Positions 34,842-45,228 of a stretch of DNA of 64,000 bases are shown in pieces. This DNA is from Clostridia bacterium (GTDB taxonomy: Bacteria; Bacillota; Clostridia; Oscillospirales; CAG-272), in the NCBI GenBank assembly GCA_017502915.1, contig JAFVUB010000009.1:6232-70231 (forward strand). Reading direction: 5' to 3'. The position numbers and the translations under genes were made by a program. The first letter of the stretch is position 1; each line of letters starts with the position of its first letter. Under the pieces are notes generated by a model that saw nothing but the letters and a program-made list of their open reading frames with translations, did not search any database and was not told where the DNA came from.

Positions 34842-35330
34842 ATGTCCAATCCCAAGATCAGATTTGAAATTGAAAATTACGGTAGCATCGAAGCCGAGCT
34901 TTATCCCGAGATCGCGCCCAAAACGGTTGAGAACTTCCTCGGACTCGTAAAGAGCGGATTCTTTTCGGGACTTATATTCCATCGCGTTATCTGCGGATTT
35001 ATGATCCAGGGCGGCGGCTACGACGCCTCGCAGCGTCATCACGACGCTCCTGCCATTCGCGGTGAGTTCCGCGCCAACGGATTTGCGCAGAACACCCTCA
35101 AGCACACCCGCGGCGTTCTTTCCATGGCGAGAACCATGGACCCCAACTCGGCATCGTCGCAGTTCTTTATCATGCACGAGGACGCACCGCACCTTGACGG
35201 TCAGTACGCCGGATTCGGTTGCGTCACCGAGGGCATCGAGGTTGTGGACAAGATCGCGAACGTTCGCACCAACTTCTCGGATATGCCCCTTTCGCCCGTC
35301 GTTATCACGAGCGTTTCGGTCGTTGAGTAA
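34842..35330 (+). CDS. ppiB: Peptidyl-prolyl cis-trans isomerase (cyclophilin type)
   Basis: Motifs seen: FHRVICGFMIQGGG, SMARTMDPNSASSQFFIM and LDGQYAGFG. Confidence 0.85.
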   Translation: MSNPKIRFEIENYGSIEAELYPEIAPKTVENFLGLVKSGFFSGLIFHRVICGFMIQGGGYDASQRHHDAPAIRGEFRANGFAQNTLKHTRGVLSMARTMDPNSASSQFFIMHEDAPHLDGQYAGFGCVTEGIEVVDKIANVRTNFSDMPLSPVVITSVSVVE

Positions 35331-35396
35331 AGCTCTGCATATTTTAATTCGGAAGCAAATAATTTATAACAATATTTGAAGCAGGAGGACAACATA

Positions 35397-35834
35397 ATGT
35401 CAAAATGGAACGATTTTTGTGCAGGTGTTTCGAAGACCACCAAGAGCACGGCAGACAAGACCAAGAACATAGCAAACCTCGCCTCTCTTCGTGTCAAGCT
35501 CGGCACTCTTGAGAGCAAGGTTGCTGACGAGTATGATACTCTGGGACGTATCTACTACTCGCAGGAGGTTGGCAAGATCGATAGCGGAGAGGCGCTTCGC
35601 GATCAGATCAGAGCCATCAGCGACATCAACAAGCAGATAAACGCCGTCAACGCCGAGATCCGCGAGATCAAGAGACTTGAGGCAGAGGCAAAGGCAGCTC
35701 GCGAGGCAGAAAAGGAAGCCAAGCGCGCTGCTAAGGAAGCCGCCCGCGCCGCCGAGGAGGCAGCTGAGCTTGAGCTTGACGTAGAGGTCGAGGTTGAGGT
35801 CGCAGAGGACGCCGCTGAAGAGGTCAACGAATAA
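35397..35834 (+). CDS. Coiled-coil hypothetical protein
   Basis: Trimmed to the ATG after an AGGAGG RBS. The protein has a charged K/E/A-rich C-terminal half. A terminator hairpin (acaccgacacg...cgtgtcggtgt) follows. Confidence 0.5.
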   Translation: MSKWNDFCAGVSKTTKSTADKTKNIANLASLRVKLGTLESKVADEYDTLGRIYYSQEVGKIDSGEALRDQIRAISDINKQINAVNAEIREIKRLEAEAKAAREAEKEAKRAAKEAARAAEEAAELELDVEVEVEVAEDAAEEVNE

Positions 35835-35876
35835 TAAAGAACACCGACACGTAAACCGTGTCGGTGTTCTTTATTA

Positions 35877-36494
35877 TTATCTCGATTCTATGACGAAAAG
35901 CTCGCCCTTTCGTACGCCAACGAGGGCACAATTTCCGTTTATCTCGTTACTTACGGCGTACTGCAGGTTCGGCTTGAGCTTGGCGTTCCTCAACGGGTAC
36001 TTAACTCCCTCTGCCTCAACACCCTTGGCAACACTGCCGTGAGCCAGCAGCGAAAGATAGGTGTATCCGCTTCTCGGAACGAGCTCGCTTTCGTTTTTGA
36101 TAAAGCGAACACGGTTTCTTCCGTCAAGCATCAGAGCCCGAAAGCCGCGAATCTTGGCGTCCACCAATATACCGAGGTTAGACATGGTATGGTCAAGTCT
36201 TCCGTCGAGTCCGCCGACGATAACTATCTCGCCCGCGCCTCGTTCAAGCGCTATCTCGACTGCCGCCTGAGTGTCGGTTATGTCCTTTTCGGGCTTGAGC
36301 CTGATCACCTCGACCGACTCGGGCAGCTCTCCGTCAAACGAATCGAAGTCTCCGACGAAGATATCCACTCTGTCACCAAGCAGCTCGGCGTTCTTATATC
36401 CCGAATCGGCGGCGATACGCAGGTCGTCTCCCTTCGGGTGCTCGGTTATGTTCTCGGGCAGGATAGACCCGCCAACGTATATAAATGCTTTCAT
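35877..36494 (-). CDS. thiN: Thiamine diphosphokinase
   Basis: Trimmed to MKAFIYVGG. Motifs: IAADSG, GDFDS, EKDITD and GGLDGRLDH. The start overlaps the rsgA stop. Confidence 0.75.
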   Translation of the reverse strand: MKAFIYVGGSILPENITEHPKGDDLRIAADSGYKNAELLGDRVDIFVGDFDSFDGELPESVEVIRLKPEKDITDTQAAVEIALERGAGEIVIVGGLDGRLDHTMSNLGILVDAKIRGFRALMLDGRNRVRFIKNESELVPRSGYTYLSLLAHGSVAKGVEAEGVKYPLRNAKLKPNLQYAVSNEINGNCALVGVRKGELFVIESR

Positions 36495-37453
36495 TTCGTA
36501 TCCCAGCTGTGCTTTTGCTTCAAAATATCGTAAAGCGCAAGAAAGCTCTCGTGGCGTGACGGCGCTATCCTTCCCTCTCTCAGCTTTTCGAGAACGGCAC
36601 AGCCCTCCTCCTTGGTATGCGTACATTTAGTATAACGGCAATTACCTATACAGTCGTCAAACTCCCGGAAGGTTTCGGGCAGGTCCTCCTTCGAGAAGAA
36701 GTCGAACCTTTCGAAATCGAGCATTGAAAATCCGGGTGTATCAGCAATAAAGCCGCCGCAGCTTTGGAAGAGCTCGACCTTACGCGTAGTATGTCTGCCT
36801 CGCTCGGTCTTGCGGCTGACCTCTCCCGTCGAGAGCTTCAGCTCGGGAAAAACGAGGTTCAGAAGGGTCGACTTACCAACGCCCGAAAGACCCGCAAACG
36901 CCGCCGTCCTACCGACGAGCGCGCTCTTTACGTAAGAGGCGAACTCCTCAACGCCGTTGCCCTCAAAGCAGCTCAGCACGAAGACCCGAAAGCCGGCAAG
37001 TCGGTATACCTCGGCAAGAGACTCGGCGCGTTCGGGGTCGAGCTCGCTCTTTCCGATAACGATGACCGGCTCTATTTTGTTAAATTCGCAGATCGAGATC
37101 AACTTATCCGCCGTGAAGAGCGAGGGCTCAGGGCGCTTTGCCGCCATAACGACGAACATCAGATCAAGATTTGCAAGCGGCGGACGGATCAGCTCGTTAT
37201 ATCTCTCGTTGATCGAGTCTATAACGATACCCGCCCCCTCGGGCGAGGGGATCATATCCTCGTTGAACGAGCTGTCGTCGTAAACGACGCCTACGCTGTC
37301 CCCCACGAGCGGGGACTTTTTTTCGTGCCTGAAAACGCCTCGGGCGCGGCAGACCACCGTCTTACCCGAAAGGGGCGTTCCCTCGTTATCAAGCAGGATA
37401 CTGTAGAGTCCTCCGTTGCTTGACGTTATCTTTCCGTTGTTTCTGTATTCCAT
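36491..37453 (-). CDS. rsgA: Ribosome small-subunit-dependent GTPase A
   Basis: Motifs: GLSGVGKSTLLN, the circularly permuted order with VIGKSEL before the P-loop, and the C-terminal zinc motif CRYTKCTH...C. Confidence 0.85.
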   Translation of the reverse strand: MEYRNNGKITSSNGGLYSILLDNEGTPLSGKTVVCRARGVFRHEKKSPLVGDSVGVVYDDSSFNEDMIPSPEGAGIVIDSINERYNELIRPPLANLDLMFVVMAAKRPEPSLFTADKLISICEFNKIEPVIVIGKSELDPERAESLAEVYRLAGFRVFVLSCFEGNGVEEFASYVKSALVGRTAAFAGLSGVGKSTLLNLVFPELKLSTGEVSRKTERGRHTTRKVELFQSCGGFIADTPGFSMLDFERFDFFSKEDLPETFREFDDCIGNCRYTKCTHTKEEGCAVLEKLREGRIAPSRHESFLALYDILKQKHSWDTK

Positions 37454-38493
37454 ATTACCTCGTCAGCCGTAAAGTCGGGCAAAGCCCCGTCGGCTCTGTC
37501 CTGATTCACGATCAGTATGACCGAGACGATGAGCGCGATCAAAAAGACCGCCGCCGCGCCGAGCAGCATAAGTATTCCCTTGTTGATACCCGTTTCGGCG
37601 TTCTGCCTTGCGAGAATGTCCTCGTCTGGCTCTCGGTTGAAATCGAACTCGACGTTTGGATAGTTTTCAAGCGTTTCTATCGCGTCGAGCATAGCTTCGG
37701 CGTTTTCAAATCGCATGAACGGCGTTTTCTCCATGGCGTGCAGAATGATCTGCTCAAGCCCAAACGGTATCTCGGGGTCAAGGACTCTCGGGCGTATGGG
37801 CGACTGCTCGATATGCATACGCGAGACGGTTGACGTATCCTCTGCCGAAAAGGGCAGTCGTCCGGTTGCCATCTCGTACATCATAACGCCCAGCGAATAG
37901 ATATCCGACCTTCCGTCCACCACCCTGCCGGACGCCTGCTCGGGGCTGATATAATAAACGGTTCCAACCGCTTTATCCGACTCAACGTTATCGTCAGAAT
38001 CTACCATTCTTGCAATGCCGAAGTCGGTCAGCTTAATGCCGCCGTCAGGCAGAAGCATAATGTTTTGCGGCTTGACGTCGCAGTGTATCATATCACGTCC
38101 GTGAGTGTGCATCAGGGCGTGAAGTATCTGCTTGGTATAATGTATTATCTCCTCGGGCGGCAGCGCACCGTACTCGTCTATTCTCGTTTTCAGCGTGTTC
38201 GCCTCAACGTACTCCATTACGAAGTACGGCGGCTCATCCTCGCCCGAAACGCCCTTGATGTTGACGATGTTCGGGTGGTTCAGGTGACACATCTTTTCCG
38301 CCTCGGCAAAAAACTTTCTCGTTGCCTCGTCCCGCGCCTGTTCGGGGCAACACTCAAGATTCAGCAGCTTGAGCGCCACCGCCTCACAACCGACGGTATC
38401 AAAAGCGCCGTAAACGGTTGCCATTCCGCCAACTCCGACGACGCTGACTATTTTATAACGCCCTCCAAGCGTTTTCCCGATCATATTATCCAT
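37426..38493 (-). CDS. prkC: Hanks-type Ser/Thr protein kinase, membrane-anchored, without PASTA domains
   Basis: Motifs: GVGGMATVY, ALK, HCDVKPQNIML, DFGIA and SPEQ. There is a single C-terminal TM segment (ILMLLGAAAVFLIALIVSVILIV) and then only about 27 residues. I chose the ATG at 38493, 2 nt after the phosphatase stop. Confidence 0.8.
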   Translation of the reverse strand: MDNMIGKTLGGRYKIVSVVGVGGMATVYGAFDTVGCEAVALKLLNLECCPEQARDEATRKFFAEAEKMCHLNHPNIVNIKGVSGEDEPPYFVMEYVEANTLKTRIDEYGALPPEEIIHYTKQILHALMHTHGRDMIHCDVKPQNIMLLPDGGIKLTDFGIARMVDSDDNVESDKAVGTVYYISPEQASGRVVDGRSDIYSLGVMMYEMATGRLPFSAEDTSTVSRMHIEQSPIRPRVLDPEIPFGLEQIILHAMEKTPFMRFENAEAMLDAIETLENYPNVEFDFNREPDEDILARQNAETGINKGILMLLGAAAVFLIALIVSVILIVNQDRADGALPDFTADEVIWNTETTER

Positions 38494-38495
38494 AA

Positions 38496-39260
38496 TCAAA
38501 GCTCCGCCATAAGGACTGTTATGTTATCGTCTCCGCCGGCCTCGTTTGCCAGCAAGACCAGCTTCTTCGCTCTCTCCTCAAGGCTCACGTCGGAGGACGC
38601 CGCGCCGTATATCTCGTCCGACGTCAGCATTCCCGAAAGACCGTCCGAGCAGAGCAGCAGGCTGTCTCCCTTTTTGACCTTGATCTCGGCAATATCGGTC
38701 TGGACCCCGACCGAGATACCGACGGCGCGCATTATTATATTGCGGTCGGTGCGCTTCTCCGCCTCAGCCTCGGTGATCTCACCGATATCCACGAGATACT
38801 GTATGTAGGAGTGATCGCGAGTCAGCTGCTCGATGCCGCTGCCGTTTATTTTATAGAGACGGCTGTCTCCCACGTTGACCGACCAGACCCGAAGCGGCGA
38901 GGTCATAATAAACGCGCCGACGAGAGTCGTTCCCATACCCTTGAGGGTGGGATCGTCCTGCGCCTTCTGCCAGACCTCGAAGTTTGCTGATCCTGCGGCG
39001 CCGTCCAGCGCCAGACGGACGTCTGCCTCGGGATCGGGAAAGCGCAAAACGCCGCCCGAGATATAGTCCTCGGTCTGAAGCACCATTTCCTCGGCAAAGC
39101 TGTTTCTCGCCGTTTCGGATGCCTCGGCGCCGCCTGCCTCTCCGCCCATACCGTCGCAGACCAACAGCAAAAAGGCGTTGTCGGCAATACGGTAGATGCC
39201 GTAGCAGTCCTCGTTATTCTGTCTTTTTCTTCCTATATCGGTCAGTCCGTAAAAATTCAT
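38496..39260 (-). CDS. PP2C-family Ser/Thr phosphatase (Stp/PrpC)
   Basis: Trimmed to MNFYGLTDIGRKRQNNEDC. Motifs: VCDGMGG, LCSDGL and GGDDNITV. AGGAGA RBS. Confidence 0.85.
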   Translation of the reverse strand: MNFYGLTDIGRKRQNNEDCYGIYRIADNAFLLLVCDGMGGEAGGAEASETARNSFAEEMVLQTEDYISGGVLRFPDPEADVRLALDGAAGSANFEVWQKAQDDPTLKGMGTTLVGAFIMTSPLRVWSVNVGDSRLYKINGSGIEQLTRDHSYIQYLVDIGEITEAEAEKRTDRNIIMRAVGISVGVQTDIAEIKVKKGDSLLLCSDGLSGMLTSDEIYGAASSDVSLEERAKKLVLLANEAGGDDNITVLMAEL

Positions 39261-39285
39261 ATCTCTCCTGCGAGTTCTCTTTATC

Positions 39286-40368
39286 TTACTCATCTTTTTC
39301 GTCTTTTTTAGCCGATTCGGCACGGCGAAGCTGTCCGCACGAGGCGTTTATATCGGGCCCGAGGGTTCGGCGCACGGTGGCACGTATGCCGTTTTTCTCA
39401 AGAAGCGCGGCAAACGACGACACCGCCGCCTTTGCAGGCTGCGAAAATCCGCTTTCCGCCACAGCGTTTACCGGAATGAGGTTGACATGTATCGGGAAGC
39501 TCTCCCTTTTCGGTCTGAGCTTTGAGTTCAGCTTTGCAGCCAACGCCTCGGCGTGCTTTTGCGAGTCGTTCTTCCCGGCGATCAGGGTATACTCAAAGGA
39601 TATACGTCTGCCCGTTCTGTTATAATAACGGCGACAGGCGTCGAGCAGCGCGTCAACTCCGTACTTACGGTTGACCGGCATTATCGCCGAGCGAGTGGCG
39701 TCGTCGGGCGCGTGGAGCGAGATCGAAAGGGTTATCGGCAGGTCCTCTCCCGCAAGACGGTCGATCTTATCGACCAGACCGCAACTTGAAAGCGAGATAT
39801 GACGGTATCCGATGCAGATACCTCTCTCGTCGTTGACCAGCCTTAAAAATTTTATAACGTTATCGTAGTTATCAAGCGGCTCGCCGATGCCCATCATTAC
39901 GATGCCAGAGATGCGCTTTCCCATATCTCTTTGTGCGGCAACGACCTGACCGAGCAGCTCGCCCGCCGTGAGGTCGCGAACTCTGCCGCCGATGGTCGAG
40001 GCGCAGAAGGCGCAGCCCATACGGCAACCGACCTGCGACGATATGCAGACCGTCAGCCCGTGGAGATACTCCATTACGACGCTCTCAACGCAGTTTCCGT
40101 CGGCAAGCTCGAAAAGATATTTGACAGTTCCGTCCACCGCCGAGATGAGTCGGCGCTTGACGGTCGGGATATGACAGCTCGCTACGGCTAAAAGCTTTTC
40201 CTTAGTAGCCTTACCGATATTAGTCATCTCGTCAAGCGATACTCCGCGGTGAAGCTGGGGAAAGATCTGCGACGCGCGGTATTTCGGCTCGCCGACCGAC
40301 ACGACCAGAGCCTCAAGCTCCTCGGGTGTCAGCGAAAGAAGATCTGTTTTGTTCTGAAGTTCGTTCAT
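39286..40368 (-). CDS. rlmN: 23S rRNA/tRNA (adenine-C2)-methyltransferase, radical SAM
   Basis: Motifs: VGCRMGCAFCAS (CxxxCxxC), GMGEP and the C-terminal CGQL. Confidence 0.85.
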   Translation of the reverse strand: MNELQNKTDLLSLTPEELEALVVSVGEPKYRASQIFPQLHRGVSLDEMTNIGKATKEKLLAVASCHIPTVKRRLISAVDGTVKYLFELADGNCVESVVMEYLHGLTVCISSQVGCRMGCAFCASTIGGRVRDLTAGELLGQVVAAQRDMGKRISGIVMMGIGEPLDNYDNVIKFLRLVNDERGICIGYRHISLSSCGLVDKIDRLAGEDLPITLSISLHAPDDATRSAIMPVNRKYGVDALLDACRRYYNRTGRRISFEYTLIAGKNDSQKHAEALAAKLNSKLRPKRESFPIHVNLIPVNAVAESGFSQPAKAAVSSFAALLEKNGIRATVRRTLGPDINASCGQLRRAESAKKDEKDE

Positions 40369-40376
40369 ATTGTTCC

Positions 40377-42899
40377 TTAAAGGTTTGATGGATTGAGATC
40401 TATTGAAAGCTGCGGCTTTTTGGGTGTCTTAAAGCCCTGACCGAACTGCCGCAACACCGTTGCGAACAGCTCTCTTGAGCGGCGGTTCAAACGGCATTTT
40501 ATGACGAAGCGCATACGGTATCGGTCGTCCACCTTGTATACCGGCGCTTCAAACGGCCCGAAGGTTATCTGCGGCACGTCCGAGAACTCGCCGCCAAAGC
40601 TCCGTTTGAGCAGTGACGCGAGATGCTCAACGGCTATCATCAGCTCGCGCTCGTCGTGATGCGAGACGGTCAAAAGAACTATATCGCAAAACGGCGGGAA
40701 GGTCAAAAGCTTACGTAAAAGGATCTCCTGCTCGTAAAAGCTATCGTAATCCTGCGCGCAGGCAAGCCGTATTATATCGTTATCGGGGTTGTTCGTTTGG
40801 ATTATTGCGCGACCTGCGCGGTCGGCTCGACCCGCGCGACCTATGACCTGAGTCAGAAGCGCAAAGGTTCGCTCGTTTGCACGGTAGTCGTCGAGATAGA
40901 GCGACATATCGGCGAGAAGCACGCCAACCAGCGTGACCCGCGGGAAGTCGTGTCCCTTTGTGACCATTTGAGTACCGAGCAGAACGTCTCCGCTTTCGCG
41001 GAACTCACCGATCAATCGGTCGTACGCCAGCTTTTGCGAGGTGGTGTCGGCATCCATTCTCATGATCTTTGCGTCGGGCAAGAGTGTGGACAGCTCCTGC
41101 TCCACTCTCTGAGTTCCGAAGCCGCATCTTGAAAGATGACCCGACGAGCAGGACGGGCACTTCTCGGGCAGTCTCATTCTACGTCCGCACCAATGGCAGA
41201 CCAGCTCGCCCGAGTCGTAGCTTCCCCGCTTGGTATGATAGGTCATAGCGACCGAGCAGGAGGGGCATTTCACCGCCTGCCCGCAGTCAACGCAGCTGAC
41301 GAAGGTGTTATACCCCCGTCGGTTCAGGAAAAGGATCGACTGCTCGTCCCTTTTGTCGGTCTCTATCAGCGCCTGCGCCAGCTCGTTACCGAGCGGCGAG
41401 ACGTTACCCCCGTGAGCCTCCAGCCTCATATCGGCTATAGTGACCTGCGGAAGCCTTGCTTTGCCGTAGCGCTCTCTCAGCCGAACGAGGGTGTATACCC
41501 CTTCCTTTGCCTTCTTAAAGCTCTCGACCGACGGAGTTGCCGACGAGAGCAGCATCAACGCCGAGTTTTCGGCGCAACGAAGTCTTGCTATATCGCGAGC
41601 GTGATATTTGGGCGTCATATCCGATTTGTAGGTATGCTCCTGCTCCTCGTCAATGACGATCATTCCAAGGTTTTTGACCGGGGCGAAGACCGCCGACCGC
41701 GTTCCGACTACTATATCGGCAAGACCGCGACGAACGCGAATATACGCGTCGTATCTCTCTCCCGCCGAAAGCCCCGAATGCATAACGGCGACCCTTTCGC
41801 CATAGCGCGAGCAGAAAACTCCCAGCATCTGCGGCGTGAGCGCGATCTCGGGAAGCAGGACGATAACTCCCATACCCCGCCGCGTCAGCTCGTCTATCAT
41901 GCCGAGAATGACCGTCGTCTTACCGCTTCCCGTAACGCCGTAAAGCAGCGCTCCGTGCGGCTTTCCGTCACGCGTCAGCTCGGTGAGCGTCCGAAGTGCG
42001 GCGGTCTGCTCGGCGTTGGGGGTCAGCTTCTCGGGCTCGGTCACCGTTACCGCAACCGGGTCACGGAAGACCTCTCGACGGTCGAGCGTCAAAATTCGGT
42101 TTGCCGTCATGGTATTCAGCTGACTTGACGTCAGCCCGGGTATGGTCTCAAGCAGCTCTCTTTCCGAGACCTCTCCACCTACAAGTCTGTCTATAACGGC
42201 AAGCTGCGACGGCAGCGTCAATCGACGCTTCATTTCGCGAACTCTGCCACCGGCACGGAGCTGGGTCAGCTCGTCGGACGTAAGCTCGGTCGAATAGACC
42301 TTCTCGGTACGAAGTGAGCTATCGGTCGTCTCGCGGCTAAGCTCGATAAAGCCCTGTGTGATCAAAGCGCCGAGCGATTCCTCCGCCTGAGCTCCAAAGC
42401 GAGAAAGCAGAAGATCGTCGCGAACGCCCCCCCTCTCGCGAATATATTCATAAGTCAAAAGCGCGCCGGGAGGAAGCTCTCCGCCGTCAAACGGAAGCTC
42501 CTTACCGGTCACGCGGTATATGCGAACGCTTTTTGCCGCGCCCGACGGCACGACGGCACGAAGCGCATCCCCAACCGTGCAGAGCGTCATCTCCGCCATA
42601 TAGCGGCAGATCTTGAGCTGCTCTGCGTTCAAGGGGCAGACGTCGGTCTGCACCGAAAGGATCGGCTTCGCCTTTTTAAGCTCCACGTCGGCGTGAAGCT
42701 CAACTACAACTGCACTTTGACGGCGGTTTCCACCACCAAACGGCACAACGACAAACGCCCCCGGAACAGCGGTGTCTCGGAGGTCGGGCGGAATATAATA
42801 ATCATACATCCGGTCGGCGGCGAAGGGAACGTCCAAAAGATGCACGCCTGCAAAGCTCTTGGAAGCGCCCCCTGCCGCGTCGTTTGCCGAGTGGCTCAT
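40377..42899 (-). CDS. priA: Primosomal replication-restart helicase PriA
   Basis: 840 aa. Motifs: GVTGSGKT, DEEQE, a Cys-rich zinc region (CVDCGQAVKCPSCSVAM...CHWCG...CPSC) and GRAGR. Confidence 0.9.
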   Translation of the reverse strand: MSHSANDAAGGASKSFAGVHLLDVPFAADRMYDYYIPPDLRDTAVPGAFVVVPFGGGNRRQSAVVVELHADVELKKAKPILSVQTDVCPLNAEQLKICRYMAEMTLCTVGDALRAVVPSGAAKSVRIYRVTGKELPFDGGELPPGALLTYEYIRERGGVRDDLLLSRFGAQAEESLGALITQGFIELSRETTDSSLRTEKVYSTELTSDELTQLRAGGRVREMKRRLTLPSQLAVIDRLVGGEVSERELLETIPGLTSSQLNTMTANRILTLDRREVFRDPVAVTVTEPEKLTPNAEQTAALRTLTELTRDGKPHGALLYGVTGSGKTTVILGMIDELTRRGMGVIVLLPEIALTPQMLGVFCSRYGERVAVMHSGLSAGERYDAYIRVRRGLADIVVGTRSAVFAPVKNLGMIVIDEEQEHTYKSDMTPKYHARDIARLRCAENSALMLLSSATPSVESFKKAKEGVYTLVRLRERYGKARLPQVTIADMRLEAHGGNVSPLGNELAQALIETDKRDEQSILFLNRRGYNTFVSCVDCGQAVKCPSCSVAMTYHTKRGSYDSGELVCHWCGRRMRLPEKCPSCSSGHLSRCGFGTQRVEQELSTLLPDAKIMRMDADTTSQKLAYDRLIGEFRESGDVLLGTQMVTKGHDFPRVTLVGVLLADMSLYLDDYRANERTFALLTQVIGRAGRADRAGRAIIQTNNPDNDIIRLACAQDYDSFYEQEILLRKLLTFPPFCDIVLLTVSHHDERELMIAVEHLASLLKRSFGGEFSDVPQITFGPFEAPVYKVDDRYRMRFVIKCRLNRRSRELFATVLRQFGQGFKTPKKPQLSIDLNPSNL

Positions 42900-43175
42900 T
42901 TAGTCCTCGTCCGGAGTTTCGTCAACGATAACGAAGTTGCCGTCGTTGATGCGGTCGATAGACAGACGAACTGCCTTTTCGTCCTTCAGCTCCTTGTCTA
43001 TCATAGTTGCGATAGGTCTCTCGCCTTCCTTGACGCCGGCGGCGCGCTCAGCCTCGGTGCGCTGACGGACGTATTCGTCGGTTATGATACGGGCTCCCTT
43101 TGCGGCGGCAAGTGCCAGCTCATAACGGTTATACTCGCCCTTCGTAAGCTCCTGGATTGTGGGTTTGATCATCAT
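42900..43175 (-). CDS. rpoZ: DNA-directed RNA polymerase subunit omega
   Basis: The sequence NRYELALAAAKGARII is present. The gene sits between gmk and priA. Confidence 0.8.
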   Translation of the reverse strand: MMIKPTIQELTKGEYNRYELALAAAKGARIITDEYVRQRTEAERAAGVKEGERPIATMIDKELKDEKAVRLSIDRINDGNFVIVDETPDED

Positions 43176-43205
43176 GATAAAGCTTGCTCCTTCAATATAT
43201 ATGAG

Positions 43206-43820
43206 TTAGTTTTTGTTCGCAAAATAATCTTCGGCGGCGCTCGCGCGGCGGTCGAGCGAGCAACGCTCGGCGGCGGCAATGGCACGAATGTTCTCGAGCG
43301 CGCGCTCGGTCTCGCCCGTGGGGTTATACACTATGTAGTCGTAGACAGACAGGCTCTTCAGCTCCTCGCGGGTCTGCTCGAGTCGCTTCTGTATCAGCTC
43401 CTCGGTCTCGGTTCCGCGGTACCGCAGTCTTCTCTCCTGCTCGGCAAACGACGGAGGAAGCAGCATGACCAGCACGGCGTTCGGGCACTTTTCCTTGACC
43501 TGCTTTGCACCGTTGACGTCTATTTCAAGAAGAAGATTCTTTCCCGACGCGATAATACGCTCGGCGGCGCTCTTCGGAGTTCCGTAAAACTGACCGCAAT
43601 AGCTGTTGTACTCAAGGAAATCTCCCTCGGCAAGAAGCCTCAAAAACTCCTCGCGGCTGACGAAGCTATAGTCAACTCCGTCGACCTCTCCGGGTCTCGG
43701 GTCTCGGGTCGTTCTCGACACCGACGGGCAAAAATCTCCCGATGCATAAAGCATCTTGCACACCGTTCCCTTGCCCGATCCGGCAGGGCCGGACACGACC
43801 ATTATAACGCCCTCGTTCAT
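43206..43820 (-). CDS. gmk: Guanylate kinase
   Basis: Motifs seen: [29 protein letters not shown] and [12 protein letters not shown]. Confidence 0.9.
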   Translation of the reverse strand: MNEGVIMVVSGPAGSGKGTVCKMLYASGDFCPSVSRTTRDPRPGEVDGVDYSFVSREEFLRLLAEGDFLEYNSYCGQFYGTPKSAAERIIASGKNLLLEIDVNGAKQVKEKCPNAVLVMLLPPSFAEQERRLRYRGTETEELIQKRLEQTREELKSLSVYDYIVYNPTGETERALENIRAIAAAERCSLDRRASAAEDYFANKN

Positions 43821-44077
43821 GCCTCGTCGTCCTCGCCTTCGTCGTCGTCCGATATTCTCTTGGCTATCGCCTCGGTCTTGAGCGCCGAGAGGATAACGTG
43901 CTCGCTGTCGGTGATTATGACCGCGCGGGTCTTACGTCCGCAGGAGACGTCTATCGTTCTTCCGGTGTCCTTTGCGTCCTGCATAAGTCTTTTGACCGGC
44001 GCCGAATCGGGGCTGACCAGCGCAACTATGCGGTCGGCAGAGACCATATTGCCAAATCCTATATTTATGAACTTCAT
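43817..44077 (-). CDS. remA: RemA/DUF370-family regulator
   Basis: The sequence is [36 protein letters not shown]...[12 protein letters not shown]. The start may alternatively be 44095. Confidence 0.8.
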   Translation of the reverse strand: MKFINIGFGNMVSADRIVALVSPDSAPVKRLMQDAKDTGRTIDVSCGRKTRAVIITDSEHVILSALKTEAIAKRISDDDEGEDDEA

Positions 44078-44087
44078 AGCCTTTTCC

Positions 44088-44975
44088 TTACTCAATGTTT
44101 TGTATCTGTTCCCTTATCTTTTCAAGCTCACACTTAACGTCGACGACCAACCTCGCGGCGTCGGCGTTCTGGCACTTCGAGCCGATGGTGTTGATCTCGC
44201 GGTTCATCTCCTGCATAAGAAAGTCGAGCTTTCGACCGGCAGGCTCGTCGGCAGCGAGAATGGTATCGAAGGTGACGAAGTGGGAGCGCAAACGAACCAG
44301 CTCCTCATCTATCGCGATACGGTCGGCGTAAGCGGCGCACTCGGTCAGTATCCTTCCCTCGTCAGCCTTGACTCCGAGGTCGGAGAGCAGGCGGTTCAGT
44401 CTTTCTCTGATACGGGCGTTGCCGTTCTCGACGTCGTCCTTCGAGATGACCTCTATGCGGTCAACGATGGTCTTTATATTTTCAAGCTTGGCGTTGAGGT
44501 CTGCCTCTATACGCTGACCCTCCGCCTGCCTTGCGGCGATGAAGGAATCAACAGCCACCTCGAGCACCGAAAGCACGGCAGCCCAGTCCTGCTCGGCGTC
44601 GACCTCCGGCTTTTTCACGGTAAAGATGTTTCGGTCGGCGGCGACCTTCATAACGCTGATGTCGTCCTTCAGCCGATACTGACGGCGAAGCTGACGGAGA
44701 GCCGCAATATACGCGTCTGCATACTGCTCGTCGATACCGAGACCGATCTGCTCCGACTCACTCTGCCCGACCGACACGTTGACGTCCACCTTACCTCGGC
44801 TAATGCCCCTTGAGGTCAGATAAGGCTTAACGCGGTCGTCCTGACAGCCGAGAGTTCGCGGCATACGCACCGAGCAATCGAGAAAACGGTTATTTACCGA
44901 GCGAAGCTCAACGGTTATCTCCCGTCCGTTCACGCTTGCCGAAGCCCGCCCGAAAGCGGTCATGCTCTTCAACAT
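44088..44975 (-). CDS. YicC-family stress-induced protein
   Basis: Trimmed to [11 protein letters not shown] with an AAGGAGAG RBS. The C-terminus contains [12 protein letters not shown]. Confidence 0.8.
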   Translation of the reverse strand: MLKSMTAFGRASASVNGREITVELRSVNNRFLDCSVRMPRTLGCQDDRVKPYLTSRGISRGKVDVNVSVGQSESEQIGLGIDEQYADAYIAALRQLRRQYRLKDDISVMKVAADRNIFTVKKPEVDAEQDWAAVLSVLEVAVDSFIAARQAEGQRIEADLNAKLENIKTIVDRIEVISKDDVENGNARIRERLNRLLSDLGVKADEGRILTECAAYADRIAIDEELVRLRSHFVTFDTILAADEPAGRKLDFLMQEMNREINTIGSKCQNADAARLVVDVKCELEKIREQIQNIE

Positions 44976-45228
44976 GGAAACACTCTCCTTTATAACTATA
45001 ATTATATTAATTATATCCCTTTTTAATCGGTTTGTCAACCGTTTTAACGACTTATGCGCGCGCTCAAAGCTTTTTTTCGCTTTTTTACCAAAAATCAAAA
45101 AAAAATTGCGCTGTACCTATTGCAATAATCGCGAAAATGGTGTAAAATAAAATGTAATTATGTGACATACGTAAAAAATCAATCTAAAAATCAAAAAAGC
45201 CATCGTGTGATGGCGTGGAGGTTATTTT

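Noticed and set aside
35603-35827. A 74 aa Ser/Ala-rich minus-strand ORF, and the Ser/Thr-rich tract it suggests.
   Set aside because: It is the antisense reading of the K/E/A-rich coiled-coil gene (GAA/GCN repeats read backwards) and is not an independent gene.
42693-44813. A very long (706 aa) plus-strand ORF spanning the priA 5' end, rpoZ, gmk, remA and yicC.
   Set aside because: It lies antisense to five well-supported, motif-bearing minus-strand genes and crosses their intergenic gaps. The protein is low-complexity and rich in R, L, G, V and S, with no recognisable motif. This is a typical shadow ORF of GC3-rich coding DNA.
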